The translations under genes and the position numbers were made by a program. The notes under the pieces are model-generated. The model made no database searches. It had not been told where the DNA came from and worked only from the letters and a program-made list of their open reading frames with translations. Below are positions 32,001-41,104 of a stretch of DNA of 64,000 bases, piece after piece. The stretch comes from Candidatus Omnitrophota bacterium (GTDB lineage: Bacteria > Omnitrophota > Gorgyraeia > Zapsychrales > Aceulaceae), in assembly GCA_028693815.1 (NCBI GenBank), contig JAQUUP010000001.1, positions 8,433-72,432 of the forward strand. The letters run 5' to 3'. Numbering within the stretch: position 1 is the first letter of the stretch; every line of letters begins with the position of its first letter.

Positions 32001-33566
32001 AAAAAGTTGCTTAAAATAATAATAAAGAAGTTGCGGTTTTTCAGATAAGATCGCTAGCGGCGTATCACATCCCATAGATCCCACAGGCTCTTCCCCCCTG
32101 ACTGCCATAGGCCCAAGAATAACCTTAAGATCCTCGCGCGAATAGCCAAACATACGCTGACGCAATATCAAAGTTGACTGATCAACCCGAAGAGGACTAA
32201 TGTCACTAAAAAATCCATGCAATCCAACTTTGTTCTCTTGAACCCATCTTCGATACGGTTGACAGCGAGCATAAAAAGTCTTAACTTCTGTATTCTTTAA
32301 AACGCGTTTTTTCTTTAAATCAACTAAAATAATTTCTCCCGGACGCAAAGATCCTTTTTCAACAACATCCTTAGAGTCAATCGCCAAAACTCCAGCCTCA
32401 GAAGCCAGCACCATAAACCCATCTTTAGTCATCGTATATCGACAAGGACGAAGTCCGTTACGATCTAACAAAGCCCCAACAACATGACCATTACTAAAAG
32501 CAACAGCTGAAGGTCCATCCCAAGGCTCCATAAGTCCCGCATGATATTCAAAGAATCCTCTCAAGTCTGGACCAATAGGATATCTAACACCCCACGCCTG
32601 AGGAATCATCATCATCATGGCATGAGGCAAATCTCGTCCCCCATTAGCTAACAGCTCCAAAGCATTGTCTAAGCAAGCCGAATCGCTGCCACCAAAATCA
32701 ATGATTGGTAATATCTTTTTAATGTCTTCACCAAAAAGATCCGATGATAAAGATTTTTCTCGAGATTGCATCTGCTTCAAATTTCCACGCAAAGTATTAA
32801 TCTCACCATTATGTGCTAAATAACGAAACGGTTGCGCCAATTGCCACGAAGGAAATGTGTTGGTACTATAACGCTGATGGACAACGGCTAGAGCGCTCGT
32901 AAACAATGGATCTTCAAGGTCTCTATAAAAATCAGAAACCTGTGTTGCCATCATCAATCCCTTATAAACAATTGTTTGACAAGAAAAGCTTGGAATATAA
33001 AATTGATCCCCCCTAGATATTTTTTCTTGAACTTTATGCTCGATCTCTTTGCGCAAAACATATAATTTCCGTTCAAAAGTTTCAGCAGTAAGATTCTTTC
33101 CAGAAATAAAACATTGCGCGATAAAAGGCTGTTCTTGTCTGGCTTTCTCACCGAGAACATCACTGTCAACAGGAACAACTCGCCAACCTAGAAATTTTAA
33201 ACCTTCTTGTTTTGTGATGTCTTCCGTCATTTCTTGACAAATACCACGTAAATCATTTGCCTGAGGCAAAAACATCATCGCGACCCCATAACAACCTTGC
33301 CGCGGCAGAGAAATCTTAAGCGCCTGACATTCTTTTTGAAAAAAATCATCCGGAATCTGTATCAAAATTCCTGCTCCATCACCAGTCTTACCATCCCCCC
33401 CAGTCGCGCCGCGATGAAGGAGATTTTCTAAAACTTTGATTGAACGAACAACGATATCATGAGACTTTCTGCCATCAATATTAACAAGAAATCCCACGCC
33501 ACAGCTATCATGTTCAAAACAAGGATCATACATTCCCTGTTTTTTCATAACAAAATTATCACTCAT
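29028..33566 (-). CDS. gltB: Glutamate synthase large subunit
   Basis: 1512 aa; N-terminal CGVGF Ntn amidotransferase domain, central FMN/Fe-S domain, C-terminal GXGXG domain. Confidence 0.95.
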   Translation of the reverse strand: MSDNFVMKKQGMYDPCFEHDSCGVGFLVNIDGRKSHDIVVRSIKVLENLLHRGATGGDGKTGDGAGILIQIPDDFFQKECQALKISLPRQGCYGVAMMFLPQANDLRGICQEMTEDITKQEGLKFLGWRVVPVDSDVLGEKARQEQPFIAQCFISGKNLTAETFERKLYVLRKEIEHKVQEKISRGDQFYIPSFSCQTIVYKGLMMATQVSDFYRDLEDPLFTSALAVVHQRYSTNTFPSWQLAQPFRYLAHNGEINTLRGNLKQMQSREKSLSSDLFGEDIKKILPIIDFGGSDSACLDNALELLANGGRDLPHAMMMMIPQAWGVRYPIGPDLRGFFEYHAGLMEPWDGPSAVAFSNGHVVGALLDRNGLRPCRYTMTKDGFMVLASEAGVLAIDSKDVVEKGSLRPGEIILVDLKKKRVLKNTEVKTFYARCQPYRRWVQENKVGLHGFFSDISPLRVDQSTLILRQRMFGYSREDLKVILGPMAVRGEEPVGSMGCDTPLAILSEKPQLLYYYFKQLFAQITNPAIDPIREELVMSLMTFMGSCGNILTEVPQNARLIKLTHPILSNEDLERVSSLKLKDFWATTLQMGFPRKGTGEDLKEALDQLRHTAETSVRNGCSLIILSDRHLPKDVMPIPALLALSAIHQHLTNEGLRTHVGIIMETAEAREVQHIALLLGYGATAINPYLAFETVADMAQQKMLEKEVRTTRALENYIHALCKGLLKIMSKMGISTLRSYRGAQVFEAVGLNRDIIEKYFTGTVSNIEGIGLDEIAKEISTRYEQAMHDSLVLGDTLANGGQYAFRKDGERHLWTPEAIYKLQTATRNNDEKVYREYAQLINDQTKKQYTLRGLFKFKETKAISIDEVEPISSIMKRFVTSAMSFGSISREAHETLAIAMNRIGARSNSGEGGEDPARYQLLPNGDDRCSAVKQIASGRFGVTAEYLVNAKELQIKIAQGAKPGEGGQLPGHKVNEEIARVRHSTPGVTLISPPPHHDIYSIEDIKQLIFDLRNVNPQARISVKLVSEAGVGTIAAGVAKAHADMVLISGYDGGTGASPLTSMKHAGVPWELGLAETQQTLVLNNLRGCVRLQADGQMKTGRDVVIATLLGAEEFGFATASLVVCGCVMMRKCHLNTCSVGVATQDPQLRKNFSGKPEYVVNFFSLIAQEVREYLAQLGIKTMDEIVGRSDLLEVNEAIDFWKAKGLDFSRIFAQISHEKNVAVRCLESQDHDIGNVLDHKLIELSREALEKKKSVLIELPIANTNLTTGAMLSGEIAKRYGHEGLFEDTIVCRFKGAAGQSFGAFASQGMTLILEGEANDYLGKGLCGGKIIVKPYSESTYNPSENIICGNVLLYGATSGEVYIHGCVGERFAIRNSGVHVVVEGIGDHGCEYMTGGRVVILGETGINFAAGMSGGLAYIYDPESRLDGRCNLSMVDLELLNDNKDIEELKSMIEKHFFYTQSQKAKYILDHWEKEVPCFVKVFPMEYRRVLGKMMKEDEITEREEQVFK

Positions 33567-33582
33567 AAATTAAATCCCTTTT

Positions 33583-35268
33583 TTATTTCTCCACATATTT
33601 ATTCACAACAGGTAATCGACGATCTCTACCAAAAGCTTTTGGCGTAATTCTAACCCCCAAAGGTGCCTGTCTGCGCTTATATTCCATTTGATCAACAAGC
33701 TTAATAATCTTCTTGCCCAACGCAACATCACCTTTTTTTCGCTTTAAAAGCTTCAAACCATGATCTCCCTCGACATAAGACTCTAAAAATGCATCTAAAA
33801 TATCATAGGGTGGAAGACTGTCTTGGTCTTTTTGTCCTTTTTTAAGCTCTGCTGTAGGAGCCCTCAGGATAATGCTCTGCGGAATCAAATCAAAGCCTTC
33901 TTTGTGATTGCGATAATCAACCAACTCATAAACTTTTGTCTTAAGAACATCTTTAATCGGGGCAAAACCCCCTGCCATGTCTCCATAAAGAGTGCAATAC
34001 CCAACAGAAATCTCACTCTTGTTTCCTGTTGCCAAAACAAGATGTCCAAATTTATTAGAAAGAGCCATCAAAATATTTCCCCGAATACGTGCCTGCAAAT
34101 TTTCTTCGGCAATATTTTCTTTTTGTCCTATAAATTGATTTCTCAACGCTTGAATGTAGCTTTGATAAACTGGACCTATCGGTATCTCCATAAAATTAAT
34201 TCCGAGATTTTTAGCCAATCTTTGAGCATCTTTTTTTGTTTCTTTTGATGTATATTGTGACGGCATAGAGACACCCCATACATTTTCTTTGCCAATAGCG
34301 TCGCTGGCAACCACAGCCACTAAAGCCGAATCAATCCCGCCACTAACACCAAGAACAATTTTTTTAAACCCATTTTTAATAATATAATCGCGCGTTCCAC
34401 AAACAAGGGCATTATAAATTTCTTCATTAGCACTTAATTTTTTATTCTTCTTTGGTTTAACAAAAACTTTTTCTTCGGATACGCTTTGCTTAAACGCGCA
34501 CACACTAACAGAACTAGCTCTTTTCTTTTCCTTAACCTCAACATCAACAACAATCAAATCTTCTTCAAATGGTCGGCCTGTTGCTAAAATCTCACCCTTG
34601 GGGCTAATAACAACGCTCGCCCCATCGAAAACAAGCTCATCTTGTCCACCGACAAGATTACAATAGCAAACAAAAGATTTCATTTGCTTTGCCCGCTTAA
34701 CAAGAAGTGATTGACGCTGGATAGTTTTTCCTCGACAGTACGGAGAAGCGGAAAGATTTAAAAGTATTTGAGCGCCTTTTTTAACCTGTTGAACGCACGG
34801 CCCTTTTTCTTCCCAAATATCTTCACAAATACTGACTCCGAACAAAACTCCGTTTAAAGAAAAAATAGAATTCTTTTCTCCTTTTGAGAAATGACGTTTT
34901 TCATCGAAAACCCCGTAATTCAAAAGGCATTCTTTAGAATAAATGCCTTTAATGGCGCCTCCCGAAATAACAGCGGCCGCGTTATAAAGTTTTTTATCAC
35001 GGCCACAATTTACAAAACCAACAACTGCTGTAATGTTTTTTATTCTTGAAGCTACGCGGTGCAGTGCTTTTATATTATCATCAACAAAATGTTTTTTTAG
35101 CAACAAATCTTCCGGTGGATAGCCTGTAATGCTTAGCTCTGGGAAAACAACAATATCGCTATCCATCTGCTTGGCTGTTTCTATAAAGCCTAAGATTTCC
35201 TTGGCGTTTTCTTCAAAATCACCAACCGTCGTATTCCCCTGTGCTAATGCAATTCTGATTTTCTTCAT
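33583..35268 (-). CDS. nadE: Glutamine-dependent NAD+ synthetase (CN-hydrolase + NadE)
   Basis: 561 aa; N-terminal nitrilase domain; P-loop LGVSGGIDSA of NAD synthetase. Confidence 0.9.
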   Translation of the reverse strand: MKKIRIALAQGNTTVGDFEENAKEILGFIETAKQMDSDIVVFPELSITGYPPEDLLLKKHFVDDNIKALHRVASRIKNITAVVGFVNCGRDKKLYNAAAVISGGAIKGIYSKECLLNYGVFDEKRHFSKGEKNSIFSLNGVLFGVSICEDIWEEKGPCVQQVKKGAQILLNLSASPYCRGKTIQRQSLLVKRAKQMKSFVCYCNLVGGQDELVFDGASVVISPKGEILATGRPFEEDLIVVDVEVKEKKRASSVSVCAFKQSVSEEKVFVKPKKNKKLSANEEIYNALVCGTRDYIIKNGFKKIVLGVSGGIDSALVAVVASDAIGKENVWGVSMPSQYTSKETKKDAQRLAKNLGINFMEIPIGPVYQSYIQALRNQFIGQKENIAEENLQARIRGNILMALSNKFGHLVLATGNKSEISVGYCTLYGDMAGGFAPIKDVLKTKVYELVDYRNHKEGFDLIPQSIILRAPTAELKKGQKDQDSLPPYDILDAFLESYVEGDHGLKLLKRKKGDVALGKKIIKLVDQMEYKRRQAPLGVRITPKAFGRDRRLPVVNKYVEK

Positions 35269-35306
35269 CTTACCTATTTTCTATACAACAAATTTTAAAA
35301 AAAATA

Positions 35307-36011
35307 TTATTTTTCCTTAATAATGCTTATAAAATTCTTACAAATAATACGTGCCTGAGAGCTAAGTAAAGTTCTGATTTTGTCATATCCCTCTAGAATT
35401 TCCTGGGCTTTCTTGTCTTTAGAAATATCTATAATTCCCCAATACGCCTTGATCCAGCTTTCAATCATTGGCCGATCAATTTCTACGTGAAACTGAAGTC
35501 CATAAATATTTGGCTCAAAATAAAACGCCTGGTTTGTACATTCCTTAGAGCTAGCCAAAAGTTTTCCACCCTTAGGAATATCAAAGATGTCTTCGTGCCA
35601 CTGAAAGACTTTTAGCGAACGTCCTAGTCGATCAAAAAGTGGATTTTCTAGCCCATCTTGGGTTAAAGAAACATCGTAAAAACCAATTTCTTTAGTTTCA
35701 GCTTTTGTTACTTTAGCTCCCAAAGTTTTAGCCAAAAGCTGAGACCCTAAACAAATTCCTAAACAAAAAATGCGTTTCTCTGCCAACTGACGAACAAACT
35801 TATCTTCCCAGATAAGAAAAGGATATTTTTCCTCTTCGTACACATTCATTGGCCCACCCAAAATCACAACAGCGTCAATGCCCGAAAAATCTTCGGACAT
35901 TGCGCTGAACTTGTCTACTTCAAGGGTCTTTGTTTCTAGCCCTTCATCTTCAAAGAACGTTTTCAATAAGCCTGGACCTTCAATATTAATATGCTTTAAA
36001 AAAAGAATCAT
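35307..36011 (-). CDS. Class I glutamine amidotransferase-like protein (stand-alone GATase1)
   Basis: GATase core FCLGICLGSQLL...FQWHED. Start chosen at MILFLKH (36011) to avoid overlap with the GSIII gene; the ORF track lists an alternative start at 36047. Confidence 0.65.
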   Translation of the reverse strand: MILFLKHINIEGPGLLKTFFEDEGLETKTLEVDKFSAMSEDFSGIDAVVILGGPMNVYEEEKYPFLIWEDKFVRQLAEKRIFCLGICLGSQLLAKTLGAKVTKAETKEIGFYDVSLTQDGLENPLFDRLGRSLKVFQWHEDIFDIPKGGKLLASSKECTNQAFYFEPNIYGLQFHVEIDRPMIESWIKAYWGIIDISKDKKAQEILEGYDKIRTLLSSQARIICKNFISIIKEK

Positions 36012-36021
36012 CGTCTTGTCA

Positions 36022-38118
36022 TTAAAGCATAAACAACATTTCCGCATAAGACGGAAGTGGCCAAATGTCTGCCGGAACCAATCCTTCTAAAGCATCAATC
36101 GGCGCGCGCAAGTCTTCCATGGCGAGTCTGGTTTTTACACCATCTCTTTTTTTGACAACAGCCTCTAGCTTGTCAACCAAACCTAAAGCTAATTCTGCTT
36201 GCTTTGTGATTTCTTTAAGCAGCTTACGCGTTGCCGTTGATTTTGTCTTATTAACAAATTCAACGCTCTTAATTGTTTCGGCAAGTTGATTCTGATACTC
36301 AATAACAACAGGTAAAATCATCGTTTTGGCCATGTCCGCCGCAAGTCGACCTTCAAAATCAAGAATGGTCTCATAGGTCTCTTTATAAACTTCATAGCGA
36401 GAATTTAACTCTATTTTAGTTAAAACTTTTTGTCTTTCGAATAACGCTAAAATTTCAGGTTTCTTTAGAATCTCTAAAGCCTCTGAGGTATTCTTTAAGT
36501 TCGGAAGACCTCTTTTTTTAGCCTCCTTAACCCACTCTTCTGTATAATTGTCCCCATTAAAGATAATTCTTTTATGCTCTTTAATAATACTCTTCAAAAG
36601 ATTCTGAACAGATCCATTAAAGTCTTTTTTAGCCTTTTTATCTTTTTCTAATGTTTCGCACATCTCGTCTAAGGCATCGGCGACAATTGTATTTAGAACA
36701 ATGTTTGGTCCTGCTAAATTTGCGCTTGATCCTACGGCCCGAAATTCAAACTTAGTCCCTGTAAACGCGAACGGGGATGTCCTGTTTCTATCCGTTGCGT
36801 CTCGTGGCAACGTCGGCAAAGAATCCACACCAACCTCTAACACGCCGCCTTTTTTAGATACTTTTGCTCCCCCTTTTTCAATTTGCTCAATAACATCAGC
36901 AAGTTGATCGCCTAAGAAAACAGAAATAATCGCGGGGGGCGCCTCATGAGAACCAAGCCTGTGGTCATTTCCCGCTGACGCAATCGAAACACGCAATATT
37001 TCCGCATACTTGTCAACGGCCTGAATAACAGCACAAAGCACGACTAAGAACTTTGCATTTTCATGTGGGTTGTCTCCTGGAGCTAACCAATTTTTCCCAT
37101 CAGGACCGACCACAGACCAATTGTTGTGCTTCCCTGAACCGTTAACGCCCGCAAAAGGTTTTTCATGTAAAAGACAAACAAGTCCGTGCTTTTCCGCAAC
37201 CTTTTGGGCAATTTCCATACAAATCATATTGTGATCAACCGCCAAATTAAGACTTTCAAAAACTGGCGCTACTTCATATTGCGAAGGAGCAACTTCATTA
37301 TGTCGTATTTTTGCGGGAATGCCCAATCTCCACATCTCGCGATCAAATTCTTCCATAAAACCCATAATACGCGTTTTAATCGCTCCAAAATAATGATCCG
37401 ACATCTGCTGATGCTTTGCTGGCGCTTTTCCAAAAAGAGTGCGCCCTGTCTGAATAAGATCAATTCTTTGATAATAATAATCTCTATCAATTAAAAAATA
37501 TTCTTGTTCCCCGCCTAATGTCGCGTAAGCTTGTTTGCCTTTAGACTGAATACCAAACAGCTCGCCTAGACGACAAACTTGTTTTGACAATGCTTTGATT
37601 GAACGCAAAAGCGGTGTCTTTTTGTCTAACGACTCACCATGCCATCCAATAAAATAGGTTGGAATACAAAGCGTCGCGCTTTCAGGACCCTCTTTAATAA
37701 AAGCAGGGCTTGTCGGATCCCATCCTGTATAACCGCGAGCCTCAAACGTTAAGCGAAGGCCTCCTGACGGAAAACTAGAGGCGTCCGGTTCACCTTGAAT
37801 CAATTCTTTTCCAGAAAACTTTAAAATAATTCCATCTTCTCCGTCTGGAGAGATAAAAGAATCATGCTTTTCTGCTGTAGTTCCGGTTAAAGGCTGAAAC
37901 CAATGCGTAAAATGCGTTGCTCCCTTTGAAACAGCCCACGTCTTCATCGCATCAGCGACCTCATCTGCAATAGTAGGATCTAGCATTCCCCCTGTCCTAA
38001 TTGTTTGACTCAAAGACTTATGCGCTTTCTCTGAAAGATAATTACGCATTGTTTTTAAACTAAAAACATTTTCACCAAAAAAATCAGCAACTGTTTGCAC
38101 TTCTTTTTCTTTTTTCAT
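36022..38118 (-). CDS. glnN: Glutamine synthetase type III
   Basis: 698 aa; GSIII-length protein with an N-terminal MKKEKEVQTVADFFGENVFS... region and a GS catalytic core. Confidence 0.8.
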   Translation of the reverse strand: MKKEKEVQTVADFFGENVFSLKTMRNYLSEKAHKSLSQTIRTGGMLDPTIADEVADAMKTWAVSKGATHFTHWFQPLTGTTAEKHDSFISPDGEDGIILKFSGKELIQGEPDASSFPSGGLRLTFEARGYTGWDPTSPAFIKEGPESATLCIPTYFIGWHGESLDKKTPLLRSIKALSKQVCRLGELFGIQSKGKQAYATLGGEQEYFLIDRDYYYQRIDLIQTGRTLFGKAPAKHQQMSDHYFGAIKTRIMGFMEEFDREMWRLGIPAKIRHNEVAPSQYEVAPVFESLNLAVDHNMICMEIAQKVAEKHGLVCLLHEKPFAGVNGSGKHNNWSVVGPDGKNWLAPGDNPHENAKFLVVLCAVIQAVDKYAEILRVSIASAGNDHRLGSHEAPPAIISVFLGDQLADVIEQIEKGGAKVSKKGGVLEVGVDSLPTLPRDATDRNRTSPFAFTGTKFEFRAVGSSANLAGPNIVLNTIVADALDEMCETLEKDKKAKKDFNGSVQNLLKSIIKEHKRIIFNGDNYTEEWVKEAKKRGLPNLKNTSEALEILKKPEILALFERQKVLTKIELNSRYEVYKETYETILDFEGRLAADMAKTMILPVVIEYQNQLAETIKSVEFVNKTKSTATRKLLKEITKQAELALGLVDKLEAVVKKRDGVKTRLAMEDLRAPIDALEGLVPADIWPLPSYAEMLFML

Positions 38119-38189
38119 TTTTCCTCCTCTTTAAGCTTTCCTAATCATTATTTCAAAAAGTTCTTCTTTAATAAAAACAACTCACTTCG

Positions 38190-38531
38190 CTATCCTATTG
38201 CCTCAGGCCCTTCCTCTTCAGTTCGAATACGAACACAGCGTGGCAAATCTAAAATAAAAATTTTCCCATCTCCAATATTACCAGTTTTAGCTCCCTTAAT
38301 AATCGCCTGAACCGTTGGCTCGACAAAGTCTTTATTAACAGCAATTTCTAAGCGAATTTTTTTTAAAAGATTCACCTCATGCACAACACCACGATAAGTC
38401 TCACTATACCCTTTTTGCTGGCCGCAGCCAAGAACATTCGTAACCGTCATTTTATGTACGCCCTCTTCAAATAATGACTTCTTAACATCTGGTAACTTGT
38501 GTGGCTGAATCATCGCAATAATTAGTTTCAT
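38190..38531 (-). CDS. glnK: Nitrogen regulatory protein P-II
   Basis: [42 protein letters not shown]...; T-loop RGxxY; likely start at MKLIIAMI (ORF-track start at 38549 is 6 codons upstream). Confidence 0.9.
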   Translation of the reverse strand: MKLIIAMIQPHKLPDVKKSLFEEGVHKMTVTNVLGCGQQKGYSETYRGVVHEVNLLKKIRLEIAVNKDFVEPTVQAIIKGAKTGNIGDGKIFILDLPRCVRIRTEEEGPEAIG

Positions 38532-38560
38532 GATATTTTCCTCCGTCAATATAAGTTGTT

Positions 38561-39823
38561 TTATTGTGTTGTAAAAATCTGAAAACCTGTATAAGATTCC
38601 ATTCCGTGTTCGCCAATGTCGAGACCTTTAAGCTCTTCTTCTCCGCTAACACGCAAGCCAATCGCGGCGTCAATCAACTTAAAAATAATTCCCATCACGA
38701 CACCAACAAAACCAACCGCGGCAAAAACTCCCAACGCTTGAATACCAAGCTGAGTTACACCGCCTCCATAAAACAACCCATCCGCAGAAACACCTAAAGC
38801 TGCTTTGCCAAAAAGCCCAACCGACAAAGTTCCCCAAATGCCATTAATCCCATGAACAGGAAAAGCGCCAACCGGATCGTCGATGTGAAGCTTGTCTAAA
38901 AGAACAACTCCAAAAACAACTAAAACGCCTCCAACGCTGCCAATCACAATGGCTGCCCAAGGATCAATAAAAGCACAAGGAGCAGTGACCGCAACAAGAC
39001 CAGCTAAAGCGCCATTCATTGCCATAGAAAGATCTGGCTTTCCGAACATTTTCCAGACAACCAACATAGCTATAATGCCTCCAGCGGCGGCTGCTAAATT
39101 CGTGTTAATCGCAACGCGTGCAATTAAACTGCCGTCCCCTATACCTAGCGTCGATCCTGCGTTAAATCCAAACCACCCAAACCATAAAATAAAAACACCT
39201 AAAGAAGCCAGCGGAATGTTGTGACCTGCAATAGCATTAGCGCTTCCATCTGGATTATATTTCCCAATACGCGGTTTTAACATCATGGTTCCGATTAAAG
39301 CAGCTGTTCCACCAACAGCATGAACAACGGTTGATCCAGCAAAATCTAAAAATCCAAAATCAGCTAACCAGCCGCCACCCCAGACCCAATGACCAACAAT
39401 CGGATAAATAAAAGCAGAAATCAAGAACGAATATATCAAATAAGCCTGAAACTTCATACGCTCAGCCATGCCGCCTGCTACGATTGTTGCAGCCGCGCCA
39501 CAAAAAACAGCCTGAAACAACCAAAACGCGTACAAAGGAACATCCGCTCCAGATTCAGCTCCAACTAAAAACCAGCCCTTTAATCCAATAAACCCATTGC
39601 CAACCCCAAACATAATGGCATATCCAAAAATAAAAAATCCTAAAGATGCCATACAAAAATCAAGAAAATTCTTAGTCAAAATGTTACAGGTATTTTTAGC
39701 CCTAATAAAACCAGCCTCAACCATGCCGAATCCTGCCTGCATAAAAAACACTAAAAAAGCCGCGATAAGCACCCACAAGGTATCAATCCCTGTACGCATG
39801 CTTGCTAAATCAATTAGGTTCAT
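38561..39823 (-). CDS. amt: Ammonium transporter
   Basis: 420 aa, 11 TM helices; conserved Amt twin-His region. Confidence 0.9.
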   Translation of the reverse strand: MNLIDLASMRTGIDTLWVLIAAFLVFFMQAGFGMVEAGFIRAKNTCNILTKNFLDFCMASLGFFIFGYAIMFGVGNGFIGLKGWFLVGAESGADVPLYAFWLFQAVFCGAAATIVAGGMAERMKFQAYLIYSFLISAFIYPIVGHWVWGGGWLADFGFLDFAGSTVVHAVGGTAALIGTMMLKPRIGKYNPDGSANAIAGHNIPLASLGVFILWFGWFGFNAGSTLGIGDGSLIARVAINTNLAAAAGGIIAMLVVWKMFGKPDLSMAMNGALAGLVAVTAPCAFIDPWAAIVIGSVGGVLVVFGVVLLDKLHIDDPVGAFPVHGINGIWGTLSVGLFGKAALGVSADGLFYGGGVTQLGIQALGVFAAVGFVGVVMGIIFKLIDAAIGLRVSGEEELKGLDIGEHGMESYTGFQIFTTQ

Positions 39824-39842
39824 TTCGCCCTCCTTTTTTTAA

Positions 39843-39872
39843 AGGATTTTCTTTCTTAAAAAAGAAAATCCT
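39843..39872 (-). promoter_or_regulatory. 11-bp perfect palindrome (AGGATTTTCTT-N8-AAGAAAATCCT) immediately upstream of the amt RBS
   Basis: Seen directly; about 15 nt upstream of the AAAGGAGGG ribosome-binding site. It could be an RNA hairpin or a dimeric protein site. Confidence 0.3.
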
Positions 39873-40004
39873 CAAAGTTAAAGCCTAAAGATGCCACCAA
39901 TGGCTTTTCACAAGGACGTCATTGCCCAAAACAAATCATTATCCTGCTCGCATCGCAGAATTAATTCCGTCAATAATTCATGTTCCATAAATTAAGACGT
40001 CATT

Positions 40005-40053
40005 AAAAAAGCCCGACTTCTTCCTTTCGATTCTCGTCGGAAAAATGTCGGAC
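40005..40053 (-). terminator. Terminator/attenuator-like hairpin plus U-tract inside the long amt leader
   Basis: Minus-strand RNA reads GUCCGAC...UUCCGAC-(18 nt)-GUCGGGC-UUUUUU. Two alternative upstream arms can pair with the same downstream arm. Confidence 0.35.
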
Positions 40054-40127
40054 ATCTTTGCCCAAACAAAAAAACCTCTCAACCCTTCATCGGATCAAGA
40101 GGACTTCATTGCCCTACTACTAACCTA

Positions 40128-40155
40128 AATATACAACATTTCTAAAATTTGTCAA
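40128..40155 (-). promoter_or_regulatory. Sigma70-like promoter (TTGACA-N16-TATATT, minus strand) about 300 nt upstream of amt; extended match to the hspR promoter
   Basis: -35 at 40150-40155 and -10 at 40128-40133 on the minus strand. 33 of about 39 nt are identical to the hspR promoter region (11968-12008), including flanks. Confidence 0.4.
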
Positions 40156-41023
40156 CAAAATCATTTCTTGCCCTTGACACTTGCCCTTGAGCACTTGCCC
40201 TTGAGCACTTGCCCTTGAGCAATTTTTGATCCTGCGAGACTTTGAGATAATTCTTCTTACTTATAACTTTTTTACCACTTTTATTCTCTAAATCTTTGCG
40301 GGCTTTTCCGGCAACACTTCCGCCAAGCCTTGCGGATTCTTTATTTTCATGCATCCCTTGAGCGTCTTTATTGCGGGGAATTTCTGTTGTTGAGGCTTCG
40401 CCAAGCATAGAGAAGATAAGCTCCAAATCATTCATATGATCCCGCAAATTCTCACGCTTTAGTTTTTTATACTTTTTGTATTCAGCAGGCGTCATATCAA
40501 ATAAATGTCGCTTTGGATATCTCAGCCGTTAGAATAGCGTAATCTCCTTGCTCCTGAATGCCTCGTTTCTGCCGTTTGTCCGTTAATTCCTCGCGGATGG
40601 CAATGCCTTGCATGCGCTTCTCAATCCAAACGTCTAAATAGCCTTTTGCTTTATACAAGGCTCTTGTGCGTTTAGTGGCAAGCTCAGGATCTTCAATTTC
40701 CTTAATCCGCTCATATCCAACCCTTGCCAGCCACCGCTTAAAAGGTTCGGCTTTGAGAGAGGGGATTGACTGAATTATACGGAAAATACCCTCGGTCTTC
40801 GCACAATCCATATTATATTTTTTTCATCCGGAGCCTCTAATTTCAGTCCGTGACAATTTGTCACGACCTCGCTACCTTCCTTTTTTAAGCGTTGCTTCAG
40901 CTTTCTCCAGTATGCCCCAGAGTCAGGGCTTCCGGTCAAAGCTCCACACACGTCAACAACCGAAAACCACCACTCATCGTTATGGATTAACCGGCGTATC
41001 TGCTTGCCCTTAAAAATAGCCAA
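40142..41023 (-). pseudogene. dinD: DNA-damage-inducible protein D (DinD / Bro-N family) homolog split by two frameshifts
   Basis: Three consecutive ORF fragments (40775-41023, 40497-40811, 40142-40495) in frames A, B, A. Together they give about 300 aa co-linear with DinD (IFKGKQIRRLIHNDEWWFSVVDVCGAL... / ...KAEPFKRWLARVGYERIKEIEDPELA...REELTDKRQKRG...YAILTAEISKA). Confidence 0.55.
40168..40222. repeat. Tandem repeat: 14-bp unit TTGCCCTTGAGCAC, about 4 copies
   Basis: Seen directly; the first copy is 13 bp (GACAC variant), the last ends ...GAGCAA. It lies in the 3' end of the dinD-like fragment and cycles through all three reading frames. Confidence 0.85.
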
Positions 41024-41104
41024 CTTATGAACTGTTTCTATTTCTTTTGATTCGATTTTATTTTTTGATATTTTTATGCCCCATTATAGAGTATTCGCCA
41101 ACTC

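Noticed and set aside
11968-40160. The duplicated about 40-bp motif as att-type direct repeats bounding a 28-kb mobile element
   Set aside because: Both copies are canonical -35/-10 promoter modules oriented toward downstream genes. The interval contains core metabolic genes (rpe, pyrG, purF, carAB, gltBD) with no integrase and no compositional shift.
40168-40222. Possible CRISPR array or HAIR (CTTGAGT-N7-ACTCAAG) operator suggested by the repeated CTTGAGC
   Set aside because: The repeats are direct, contiguous and 14 bp with no spacers and no inverted partner. This is not CRISPR architecture and not an inverted HspR site.
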